Shown piece after piece: positions 39,367 to 47,774 of a stretch of DNA of 64,000 nucleotides. Made by a program: the position numbers and the translations under genes. Position 1 is the first letter of the stretch. Each line of letters starts with the position of its first letter. Source of the stretch: a virus. Its lineage: Duplodnaviria; Heunggongvirae; Uroviricota; Caudoviricetes. The notes under the pieces are model-generated. The model did not search any database. It saw nothing but the letters and a program-made list of their open reading frames with translations, and was not told the origin of the DNA. Where the stretch lies: the IMG/VR virus record IMGVR_UViG_3300037471_000830; one strand, given 5' to 3'.

Positions 39367-39645
39367 ATGATCACCAGAACCGTGGAAGAAGTGCGCGAGC
39401 GCATGGCGCAGCTCCAGGTGCAAATCCAGACCAGCCAGGACTACACCCGGCAACTGGAGCAGGAGCAGCAAGAGCTCCAAAAGCTCATGGAGCCGGGCGA
39501 GGTCCGCGACGCAACCGACGAGGAAATTGACCTGGCCCGACAAGCCATCGTCTGCGACGAAATCCAGGTGGACAACTTCGCCAAAGCCTTCGACGACGGC
39601 TGCGTGTGGGTCTCGGCGTGGATTCGCATCAAGAAGGAGGACTGA
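39367..39645 (+). CDS. hypothetical protein
   Basis: ORF track; RBS GAGGAGGACTGCCATG. Confidence 0.5.
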   Translation: MITRTVEEVRERMAQLQVQIQTSQDYTRQLEQEQQELQKLMEPGEVRDATDEEIDLARQAIVCDEIQVDNFAKAFDDGCVWVSAWIRIKKED

Positions 39646-39647
39646 CG

Positions 39648-39830
39648 ATGCTCACGTCTAAGCAGATCAAGGCCCTGAAGTGGGCCGTCAAGGAGGCCGA
39701 AGCCTGGCGCGGCTCCCTCACCGGCGGCTTTGAGGGCGATCTCAGGAACTTCGACAAGAACGTCGCGGACGCCAAAGAGGCGCTGAAGGAAGTCCAGGCG
39801 ATGAACAAGCGGGAGAAGCAAGGTGCCTAA
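39648..39830 (+). CDS. hypothetical small protein
   Basis: ATG 39648 with AAGGAGGACTGACG upstream. Confidence 0.4.
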   Translation: MLTSKQIKALKWAVKEAEAWRGSLTGGFEGDLRNFDKNVADAKEALKEVQAMNKREKQGA

Positions 39831-40248
39831 GCTCACCCACGAATTCATGGCGACGGCCAAGCTGCCGTTGCTCGCCTACGAGACCACCTACACCTGGAGC
39901 AGCTCCGACATCAGCGATGCCCGCCTGGTGGGCGGTCAGGTTCGCTCGGTCCTGATCACGCGCTACGGCATTTCTCCGGGATGCAGCGCCCCGTCCATCG
40001 ACTTCAAGGACAGCGATCGGCGCCTGGCTCGCGGCTCGGCGGAAATGTTCTACCAGGACGAGGCGTCGGCCCAGGCGGAAATCGACGAGGCGATGAAGAA
40101 CGCAAAGGAGAACCCGCCCTACAAGGACTTGAAGGCGGAGCGCGATACCTACCGTGAGGCGCTGGAGCTGCTCGCCAACGGCCCGAACGGCTACATCCAC
40201 ATCAGTCTGCGCAAGATCGCCAGCGAAGCCCTGGAGAAGTTCAAGTGA
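39823..40248 (+). CDS. hypothetical protein
   Basis: ORF track. Confidence 0.5.
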   Translation: MPKLTHEFMATAKLPLLAYETTYTWSSSDISDARLVGGQVRSVLITRYGISPGCSAPSIDFKDSDRRLARGSAEMFYQDEASAQAEIDEAMKNAKENPPYKDLKAERDTYREALELLANGPNGYIHISLRKIASEALEKFK

Positions 40249-40436
40249 GCGCCGGCCAGCTCTACCAACTGGCGTCCAAGCGCCAGCTCCAGAAAGGCGA
40301 CTACGTGGCGGTGAACGGACCCTGGGACCGCTTCGGCGTGGTCTGGAAGTCCGAGCCGCAGCCCGATGGCGGCTTCCTCAACCTGATCCGTGGTGTGGCT
40401 GCGCGCCGCTTCACAAAGCCCGTGATGGAGTTCTGA
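40245..40436 (+). CDS. hypothetical small protein
   Basis: ORF track; start-stop coupling. Confidence 0.4.
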   Translation: MSAGQLYQLASKRQLQKGDYVAVNGPWDRFGVVWKSEPQPDGGFLNLIRGVAARRFTKPVMEF

Positions 40437-40664
40437 ATGAGCTTGCTCGCCATCGCCCTGGGCGGATACCCGCCAGGCTCCGTGATCACGCCGGCGATGC
40501 AGCAGGACATGCACGCGCGCCAGGAGGAAAACGGCTACCGGCCAATCTCCCACGCCGAGCAAGTCGCCAAGGTCCGGCCGGCGCGCTCCTGCACCAGCCA
40601 CGACTACTTCCTGGTCCAAGAAGGAATGCAGTGCGCCAACTGCCTGTGGGTGGAGCGGCGATGA
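40437..40664 (+). CDS. hypothetical small protein
   Basis: ORF track. Confidence 0.4.
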   Translation: MSLLAIALGGYPPGSVITPAMQQDMHARQEENGYRPISHAEQVAKVRPARSCTSHDYFLVQEGMQCANCLWVERR

Positions 40665-40954
40665 CCACACCCACCCAGGAAGCAGCCATCCAGGCGATGT
40701 ACGCCGCTGTGGACGAAGAAATCCGCGAGGACTTGGGCGCGGCGCTTGATTGGGCCAGGACCACGTTGACCAACCACGAAGGCGCCGGCCACATCTTCAA
40801 CGTCCTGCCCTACCTGACACTGAATCGGAAGTTCAAAGGACTGAGCTGCGAGTTTTCCAAGCCCGAGTGGTCAGGTTCGCACGCCAGCCGCCCGATGGCG
40901 ACCGCCTCTGAGGCTATGGTCATGGCGGTGTGCGAATACCTCAACGGAGCCTGA
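40661..40954 (+). CDS. hypothetical protein
   Basis: ATG 40661 overlapping previous stop in ORF 40154..40954. Confidence 0.45.
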   Translation: MTTPTQEAAIQAMYAAVDEEIREDLGAALDWARTTLTNHEGAGHIFNVLPYLTLNRKFKGLSCEFSKPEWSGSHASRPMATASEAMVMAVCEYLNGA

Positions 40955-40955
40955 A

Positions 40956-41162
40956 ATGGCTATGAGACCCAACATTCAACTGGACGAAAGCCACTTCCTG
41001 ACCGACAGCGGAATAGGCGACTACGAGCTGGTTTGCCGAGTCGCTGGACAACGCTATTTCGTGCCTCGCGTGGGAGAAAAGGCGTTCATCAGAAAGGAGC
41101 GCAGTTGTCCGCTGTGTTATCGGCGATTCCAACCTGAAAGCTCCGGCAAGGACAGCCCATGA
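40956..41162 (+). CDS. hypothetical small protein
   Basis: ORF track. Confidence 0.4.
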   Translation: MAMRPNIQLDESHFLTDSGIGDYELVCRVAGQRYFVPRVGEKAFIRKERSCPLCYRRFQPESSGKDSP

Positions 41163-41476
41163 CCACCTACGAGAACGCCAAGGCCAAGATCATCCACCGT
41201 CACGCCACAACCAAGGCGGACACCAGGAACGAGTTCTTCGGCTCCGTGCGCGAGGCGGTCTTGGCCGCCATCGCCATCACGGACAAGCCGGACAGGGAGC
41301 TGCGCACTGTGGCCCTGGAGCCGTTCGAGGACGACAAGGTGTCGCTCGGCAAGGGCGCCTTGTGGGACTACAAGTTCGACGACACGGAAAGTCTGTTCAA
41401 GCTCCTGGACAAGTTCGACGACATGCCGCCACCGCCGACCAACCCGGACAACTACAGCGCCTGGGGAGAGTTCTGA
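41159..41476 (+). CDS. hypothetical protein, paralog 1 of WGEF-tail family
   Basis: C-terminus ...NYSAWGEF; ATGA coupling. Confidence 0.55.
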   Translation: MTTYENAKAKIIHRHATTKADTRNEFFGSVREAVLAAIAITDKPDRELRTVALEPFEDDKVSLGKGALWDYKFDDTESLFKLLDKFDDMPPPPTNPDNYSAWGEF

Positions 41477-41784
41477 TGGTCGCCAAGGTCATGGTCCGCA
41501 ACCACGATTGGGGCGGCAAGGTCGAGTGGATCGAGCGCAACGACCCGAAGGACGCCATCCAGGCGGCTATCGGAATGCTGGATGCCTTCCGCACCACCAA
41601 CGGCAAGGTCGAGCCGATCCGGGTGTTCCTGAACTGGAACAGGGAGCAAACCAACTATGCGGATTGGGCTGAGGACGTGGACGGTCGAGACAAGCTGATC
41701 GAGCTGCTCGTGGAGCGCGGTGGTGAGTTCGTTCCATCGCCTAAGCAGCCGGCGCCCACCTATCCATCCTGGGGAGAGTTCTGA
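41476..41784 (+). CDS. hypothetical protein, paralog 2 of WGEF-tail family
   Basis: C-terminus ...YPSWGEF; ATG 41476 coupled to previous stop. Confidence 0.55.
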   Translation: MVAKVMVRNHDWGGKVEWIERNDPKDAIQAAIGMLDAFRTTNGKVEPIRVFLNWNREQTNYADWAEDVDGRDKLIELLVERGGEFVPSPKQPAPTYPSWGEF

Positions 41785-42050
41785 TGCCGACGCTGATCGT
41801 CCACGACCGGGTGTCATGCAAGATTCGTGAGTTCGCCTACAAGGACAAACGCACGGTCTTGGAGGCGGCGCTCGCCCTCATGGACAAGCCCGAGCCCCGG
41901 CTGGAGCCCAGGGCTATCTTCCTCACCAAAGGCGGTGGCAGAGATTGGGTCGCCGACATCGAGGGCAGGGAAGGGCTGCTGAGGATGCTGGCGGAACTGG
42001 ATAAGCCCCCGCAGCAGGCTACGAACTACGAAGCCTGGGGAGAATTCTGA
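41784..42050 (+). CDS. hypothetical protein, paralog 3 of WGEF-tail family
   Basis: C-terminus ...NYEAWGEF. Confidence 0.55.
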   Translation: MPTLIVHDRVSCKIREFAYKDKRTVLEAALALMDKPEPRLEPRAIFLTKGGGRDWVADIEGREGLLRMLAELDKPPQQATNYEAWGEF

Positions 42051-42071
42051 TTTCGTCCAACGTGACAGGAG

Positions 42072-42407
42072 ATGCCAATGCGATCCAAGAAGCAAGACGA
42101 CCCTGCGGCTAAATCCGTGGACCTCATTCGCGTCACGGTCGCGGAAATGCCCGACGAAGATATTTCTGCACAGGTGACGATTTGGCCCGCCGCCTTGGCC
42201 GTCAAGCGCAGTGATGGCAAGGTGGAGATGCACGAGTGGGGCGTCGTGATGGCAGACATCGTGCGCTATCTCGCCAACGGCGCGCAGCAGGAGCTCGGCA
42301 AGCCCGAAGCGGAGACCATCAACGAGGTCGTGGAGACCATGCTGCGCGAGCTTCGCGCCCCTGCGACGGACGCCGCAATGCATGTGATGGGCGATCCGAT
42401 GCACTGA
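42072..42407 (+). CDS. hypothetical protein
   Basis: ORF track. Confidence 0.45.
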   Translation: MPMRSKKQDDPAAKSVDLIRVTVAEMPDEDISAQVTIWPAALAVKRSDGKVEMHEWGVVMADIVRYLANGAQQELGKPEAETINEVVETMLRELRAPATDAAMHVMGDPMH

Positions 42408-42454
42408 CCTAGATCGCCGAACCAGCGCCTGAGACCCGTTCGCACAATGCTCTT

Positions 42455-42736
42455 GTGCAGATCGAATACGACCCCGCCAAACGCCAAGCGACCTTGACTC
42501 ACCGTCAGTTGGACTTCAACGACGCGCCCAAGGTCTTCTCCAGTGCCGCTACCGTGGAATTGGAGGACGACCGCATGGATTACGGAGAGCGGCGCATCAT
42601 CACGTATGGACCGCTGAACGGGCGTCTGGTCATGATCGTCTGGACCCAACGCGGCGCCTTTCGCCGCATCATCTCAATGAGGTACGCCAATGATCGAGAA
42701 GTTGCCAGATACCGCACCCGCCTGGGTGGACCCTGA
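42455..42736 (+). CDS. brnT: BrnT-family (DUF497) ribonuclease toxin
   Basis: IEYDPAKRQATL..HRQLDF..APKVF and RRIITYG...GRLVMIVWTQRG...RRIISMRYAN..E match the DUF497/BrnT pattern (feWD.aK...N..KHGvsFeeA..vF ... RIISARkA). Confidence 0.7.
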   Translation: MQIEYDPAKRQATLTHRQLDFNDAPKVFSSAATVELEDDRMDYGERRIITYGPLNGRLVMIVWTQRGAFRRIISMRYANDREVARYRTRLGGP

Positions 42737-42926
42737 CGAGGCCCCGGAACTCACCGAGGAGGCGCTGGACGAGCTGTTCAAGAACGGCGTCTGGAGAGTC
42801 GAAGGACGCATCGTGAGCAAGGAGGAGGGGATAGCCGCCATGCGTCAGGCTCTTGCGAAAGACCCCTCCAGCCGGCCGCAGGACTTCGCCAAGCCGACGA
42901 ACTTCTCCAAGAAATACCGCCTCTGA
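42690..42926 (+). CDS. brnA: BrnA-like (DUF4415) antitoxin
   Basis: immediately downstream of and overlapping BrnT gene; DEAPELTEEALDE resembles DUF4415 N-terminal motif; alternative GTG start at 42726. Confidence 0.5.
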   Translation: MIEKLPDTAPAWVDPDEAPELTEEALDELFKNGVWRVEGRIVSKEEGIAAMRQALAKDPSSRPQDFAKPTNFSKKYRL

Positions 42927-42941
42927 GGGCGCCACAAAGCA

Positions 42942-42971
42942 AGGGCCAGGATCACCACCTGGCCCTTTTCT
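42942..42971 (+). terminator. rho-independent terminator (AGGGCCAGG-atcaccac-CTGGCCCT + TTTCT)
   Basis: 9-bp stem and T-run directly after brnA-like stop. Confidence 0.6.
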
Positions 42972-43856
42972 ATTGCACAAGCGGAATTGCATAAGCCCAC
43001 CCACCAGGCCAAGGACAAATTCCAAGTCCTGACAGCCACTTAGAGCAATCCGCATCCAGAATTCTGCTCAAAACCGCAGTTCTGAATCAGACCAGAACCC
43101 GCAGCGAAGCCCTCAGAAAATCACACCCCAGCAAAGCCCATAGAACCGGGCTACAAGCGCGCCAAAACGCCCGGGAGTACCACGACAGCACCGAACCCGG
43201 CAAATCGCGCATAGAGCGTTTAAAGGGCTCGTCTCCAAAAGCCCAGGCGGGACCGAACTTCCCGCGATCTTCTTCCACCAAGGAAAGCTTCAAAGCCAAG
43301 GCTGCTTCCCCAAGCCGTCGCCGTAAAGATCAAAAGCTCTTACCTTCTTCTCTATATCTATATCTTTACGCTGAGGGGTGGATTCCCCAAGTCCCAAACT
43401 TCCACGCCAAGAAGGAAGACCTCACCGGAATCAGGAACCAACGCCTCAGCTGGATCGGCCAGGAAAACCGTAAGCGAGAAGACCTCGGCGGAATCCAACA
43501 CGGAGAAGGACACGGAGAGAAGACTGGACAGGCATGGAGAGAAGATCACCGGAGAGAAGGATCAACCCATAGGCTCAATGTAGGGAGAGAAGGCTGGATA
43601 GATCAGGAAGCCCATGTGTTCGGCTGTAGAGCTGGATATGCCTAGGAATGCGCCTGACCGTTCTCTTTGGCTTTTCGCCTCTCTGCCCTGTTCACCCGTT
43701 TTCCACCTCTCCGCCCTGTTTTCCATCCCTTCACCCGTTTTCCATTGGGTTGCCTATCCTGAAAAACCTCACATCGCCGCCAATCCTTGCACAGCCTCAC
43801 CCCGCGCCAAGGAAAGCCAAGGACTGCCTACACTCAGCAGCCAGAGGGAGAAAGCC

Positions 43857-44141
43857 ATGAACAATCCAAAGCCCGCCACATTCGTCCTGGTGATGCTCCG
43901 GGAGCTTGGCCGCGCCGAGATGTTCCTGACCACCGCCGAGGACGAACTTGCCCGCCACCAGATCATCTATGCCTTCTCTCCAAGGACGGAAGGCACCGGC
44001 TTTCAGATTCGCATCCGGCGTGAGTTCCTGGAGCCGGCCAACCTCATGGATGAGGAAAGCCTAGGCGCGGTGGAGCGCGCCATCGAGGCGGAGCTTCTGA
44101 CGCTGTTGACGCTCCACAGGGCCAAAGCCAAGGCTGCCTGA
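43857..44141 (+). CDS. hypothetical protein
   Basis: ATG 43857 with AGGGAGAAAGCC RBS inside ORF 43614..44141. Confidence 0.45.
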   Translation: MNNPKPATFVLVMLRELGRAEMFLTTAEDELARHQIIYAFSPRTEGTGFQIRIRREFLEPANLMDEESLGAVERAIEAELLTLLTLHRAKAKAA

Positions 44142-44275
44142 TTCATTCCTTCTTCTCTCCTGGGCCAAGGAAAGCCTAGGCGGGGTTGCAGGCGACGCAG
44201 CTCTCCTGTCTCTATCTCCTGAGTGCGGTCGGTGAAATACACCCATCGACAACAACGACACGGAGAGAAGAAGGA

Positions 44276-44578
44276 ATGCCCAAGATCATCCAAATCAAAG
44301 GTTTCTACGAAGGCGATCACATCGAGCACATCTTGGGCGAGCAGGCTGCGGAGCCAAGGGAGGACTGGAAGCGCATCCAGCGCGTTCCGCTCGTCGAGGG
44401 CCAGCCCTGGTTCAACGCCTACCCGATGACGGGTGGCGCGGTGATCGTCCAGCAGCACCGGATCGTGGAAGTGCGTGAGGCGACGCTGGACGACTTGGAG
44501 AAGGTCAAGCTGTGCATGCCCTTCAATCCTGCGTACCAGCGCGTCCTGGCGCTGTTCCAGGCTGAGGCGCCGGCATAG
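44276..44578 (+). CDS. hypothetical protein
   Basis: ATG 44276 with GGAGAGAAGAAGGA RBS; followed by terminator. Confidence 0.5.
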   Translation: MPKIIQIKGFYEGDHIEHILGEQAAEPREDWKRIQRVPLVEGQPWFNAYPMTGGAVIVQQHRIVEVREATLDDLEKVKLCMPFNPAYQRVLALFQAEAPA

Positions 44579-44602
44579 TCCTGGATGTGACCGGAGAGAA
44601 GG

Positions 44603-44622
44603 AGAGGGCTTCGGCCCTTTCA
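44603..44622 (+). terminator. terminator hairpin (AGGGC-TTCG-GCCCT + TTC)
   Basis: same GGGC-TTCG-GCCC core as other terminators in window. Confidence 0.5.
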
Positions 44623-44906
44623 TGAGCACGTCAGGGCCTAGGCATACGGCGGCGAGGCTGAAAATCCTTGGCTTCGAGGCCGGAAGCCGCCGTAGAGCTG
44701 CCGGAGTCCATGGAAAGCCTAGGCGCGGTTTTCCTATAAGACACTAGATGTAGTGTCCAGTCATGCCAAAAACTCGGGTTTTATGACTCCGTGGACACTA
44801 GATGTAGTGTTTGGCTGGTTCACAGGCGGCGTGCAGCGCCAGCGTGGCCTGCCTGGGGCTGACGGGCGTAATGAGGGCTCCCGAAACACGACCTGAGCCC
44901 GATTCC

Positions 44907-45152
44907 ATGAACATCCAGTTCGCGATCAATTCCACCCTGCATGCCGCTGCCTGTGGTCTCGATATGTCCGACTGCTGCGCAATAGGCATCCACGACAGCG
45001 AGGGCTGCATCCTGGCCCATGACGTGCTCCACCCCGAGACCCTGGAACGGCTGGTCTCGGCGGGCGTTCGCATCCTGCGCGGTCACGTCGCCATCCTGAG
45101 CTTGTGCGGTGTGGACTACGTGACGGTCAAGGCAGAGGTCACGGAGCTGTAA
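44907..45152 (+). CDS. hypothetical Cys-rich small protein
   Basis: in-frame ATG in ORF 44811..45152; followed by terminator. Confidence 0.4.
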   Translation: MNIQFAINSTLHAAACGLDMSDCCAIGIHDSEGCILAHDVLHPETLERLVSAGVRILRGHVAILSLCGVDYVTVKAEVTEL

Positions 45153-45155
45153 TCC

Positions 45156-45177
45156 GAGGGCTTCGGCCCTTTTGGGA
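45156..45177 (+). terminator. terminator hairpin (GAGGGC-TTCG-GCCCTT + TTGG)
   Basis: GC stem with TTCG loop and T-run. Confidence 0.5.
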
Positions 45178-45243
45178 ATCGACGCCATGGAAAGCCTAGG
45201 CGTGATGGTGTGCAAAAGAAAAGGAGCCGAAGCTCCTGGTCCT

Positions 45244-45468
45244 TCAGCCCGCCATTTCGGCGTGATACCGGGCGTCTGCCTGACGCTCGCGGTATATGGA
45301 AGCGTACTGTCCGATTTTCTTGATGGCGCCTTCCTTGGTTCGGCACTTCAGAATCACCTCCTCAATCTCCTTGTCCTCCCACGCTTCGACGATCACGTCC
45401 CAGCCTTCCTCGTAATGAGCGTTGGCGTGATCGCGGACGGCTTGGATCATTTCGTGCATCGGAACCAT
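45244..45468 (-). CDS. hypothetical small acidic protein (only minus-strand ORF in repeat region)
   Basis: ORF track; amino-acid composition more protein-like than overlapping + strand ORF 45172..45612. Confidence 0.45.
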   Translation of the reverse strand: MVPMHEMIQAVRDHANAHYEEGWDVIVEAWEDKEIEEVILKCRTKEGAIKKIGQYASIYRERQADARYHAEMAG

Positions 45469-45738
45469 GATGAATTTCGGTGTCGGTTGTTTCGGGAGCC
45501 CTCAGTATCTGAAGTGGGCGCAGGATCGTGGCGCTCCAAATTCAGGTTGCCTCAGAGGTCGCCGATGCCGGCAAGAAAGCCTAGGCATCTAAGCCCCAGC
45601 GCCAGGCTCTAAGCCGCTGTCCTAGGCTTTCCATGGCGCGCTTGCATGCCTGCGCAGCTTGCCTGGGGTCCGCCTGAAGCGGGCTTGCATAGTTCAGTCA
45701 TCGCTGAACTACAGCACAAACCAGACCGAGGAGTGATC

Positions 45739-45912
45739 CATGCAAGCCCTGAAGCCTTCCATCCTGCCCGCGCTGCCCATTGACGCCGACGCCCACGACG
45801 ACGAGCACTACGCCTACGAGCTGATGCAGGAGGAGCTGGAGATTCAGGAGCTGCGCAGCAAGCGCCAGCGCATCGCCCGTCCGCACTTTGCTGCCGGCAT
45901 GGAGCGCCACTG
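45739..45912 (+). CDS. hypothetical small acidic protein (57 aa)
   Basis: ATG 45739 preceded by GAGGAGTGATCC and the AGTTCAGTCATCGCTGAACT palindrome; translation read manually. Confidence 0.3.
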
Positions 45913-45914
45913 AA

Positions 45915-46130
45915 ATGCCGCGCTACTGGATTTTCAACGCCGACTACAAGCGCATCGCCGAAACCGACAGCCTGGCCGAAGCGCGCTTCTTCGCCGGCTT
46001 GGTGAGCTTCCACCCTGGCACGTCTATGGAGCGTCGCGTGTACGAGGCGGTGGACATGAAGACCACGCGCTGCATCCAGGCCCAGCCGCTGCTGCCTTTG
46101 GTGATGGCGGAGATGCTGGACAAGCAGTGA
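45915..46130 (+). CDS. hypothetical small protein
   Basis: ATG 45915 in ORF 45888..46130; followed by terminator. Confidence 0.4.
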   Translation: MPRYWIFNADYKRIAETDSLAEARFFAGLVSFHPGTSMERRVYEAVDMKTTRCIQAQPLLPLVMAEMLDKQ

Positions 46131-46140
46131 TCGCGCGACG

Positions 46141-46162
46141 GGAGCCTGTGGGCTCCTTCTCT
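46141..46162 (+). terminator. rho-independent terminator (GGAGCC-tgtg-GGCTCC + TTCTCT)
   Basis: perfect 6-bp GC stem plus T-rich tail. Confidence 0.55.
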
Positions 46163-46799
46163 ATGGGCCAGAGAACGCCTAGGACCGTCTGCCAGCGCCT
46201 TGGAGCGCGGCGGCATGGCTGGATTCCTTTGGCTTTGGAGAGCGCGGCGGCGCTGTAGAGGGCTCTGGAGAGGCTGCTGGTGCCTTGGAAAGCCGGCAAT
46301 GCCATGGAAAGCCTAGGCGTTGCTGGAGATGGATTTGGAGCTCTGGATTTCGGAGTACGGCGGACTGGCTGGAAATCCTTGGATTTTTGTGTACGGCGGC
46401 GAGGCTGGAAACGTTAGGAGTAATATCGCGCGGCGGGGCAGGGCGGTCGCTCAAAACCGCAGGTCGCCTTTTCGAGCGCGAGCGGCCGAATCCACGACAG
46501 AAGCCAAAATCCGCGTCAGAAGTCATTTCCACTGGAAATGCGAAAAACCGCAGGAGTCGCGGTTTTCACCGGAAAAGCGAATATGCGCAGGAGTCGCAGT
46601 TATTGCGACTGACGCGGGTTCCATGGGTTTTACGGGTCCACCAGTCTTTACGCTTTTTGGGTTTATTCCAGAAAGTTCGTTCCGCGTTGAATGGGGGCAT
46701 GCATAAGTCAGCAGTGAGTGCATAATGGGCACCAGTTCGCAGCACGGTGCAGCGAACGAAGCAGAGCAAAGTTGCTCAGTCACTAGTGAAAGGTTTCAC

Positions 46800-47703
46800 C
46801 ATGAACGCTCAAGCCGCAAAGCCCGCCCGCAAGACTGCTTCCCGCAAGACCGCAGCGCGCAAGCAAGAGCAAGCCGCAGTTGCTCCCTCGTTCGCCCTTG
46901 TCGTTGCGGGCGAACTGGTGCAGCACGTTAACGGTGATGACGTGTACGCAGCAAAGCAAGCCCTCGCACTGCCCGCACCGCAACCCTTGATTATTGACGG
47001 TGCAGACCTTGTGCGGGAAGTTGCAGACACGTTGCAAGCCGCTGAGATTGAATCGCCCGCTGACTTCACGACTACCGAAACCATCGCCCCCGCTACCGTT
47101 GAAACCACTACCGAAGCCGCACCTATGAGCACTGAAAACACTTTCACCGCGCGCATGCTGCACGCCCTTGCTGCACGCCCGCAAGCAAGCAAAGATATTG
47201 ATCTCACTGTCAGCGCAATCAAAAAGGGCGAGCGCGCGCTAAATATGCTCGCTGCTCGCCCTGAGTGGTCAGATGTCTGTGAATCGCTTGTGAAGCGCGC
47301 AAGCGTTGCAGACAAGGGCAATAGCGGCTTTGTCGCGGTGAAAGCATGGGTAAAGATCATTCACGCAATGACGGGCATAAGCGCGGGCATCAAGGGCTAT
47401 TTTGACCCGTATTCCCGCACCATCATTGCGAACCTTGCAGCGGGCGTGAATCTCACGAACAAGGGCGCGCTGGTCTCGCTGAGTAAGTCAATTGAATTCA
47501 CTGCGCTTGACACTGAGCAAGCCCTTAAAGCCCGCTATAACTGCGGTGCGAGCACTGCAACCACTCAAGCAAGCAGCACGCGCATGATGCTGCAAGCCCT
47601 GGGTTTGTACGCGGTGCAAAAGGGCAAGGTCGGTGACGTTATCACCCCGCTTGAGAATGCGCGCACTGCGGCTTTGGTTGCAATGTTCAAAACGGGCGAG
47701 TAA
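46800..47703 (+). CDS. hypothetical protein in lower-GC island
   Basis: ATG 46800 in ORF 46747..47703; local GC visibly lower than genome average. Confidence 0.5.
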
Positions 47704-47774
47704 ATAATAAGTCAGTGGTGACTGTTTCACGTGAAACGGTCACCCCGCAAGTAAATCAGCAAAGCACTCAGATC

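Noticed and set aside
45172-45612. 146-aa + strand ORF overlapping the minus-strand ORF 45244..45468
   Set aside because: Its translation is low-complexity and begins inside a repeat (MESLG... encoded by CCATGGAAAGCCTAGGCG). The opposite-strand 74-aa ORF has a more protein-like composition, so only one can be real. The + ORF was judged spurious but not excluded.
42930-46750. Possible CRISPR array in the repeat-rich region
   Set aside because: Repeats are of several unrelated families with irregular spacing and variable sequence. There is no constant repeat-spacer periodicity and no cas genes.
42930-46750. tRNA gene cluster expected in large phages within the ORF-poor region
   Set aside because: I scanned for T-loop (GGTTCGA/GTTCAAATC) and acceptor/D-loop (TAGCTCAGT) signatures and found none. 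No cloverleaf-compatible segments were recognised by eye. tRNAscan-SE would be needed to be definitive.
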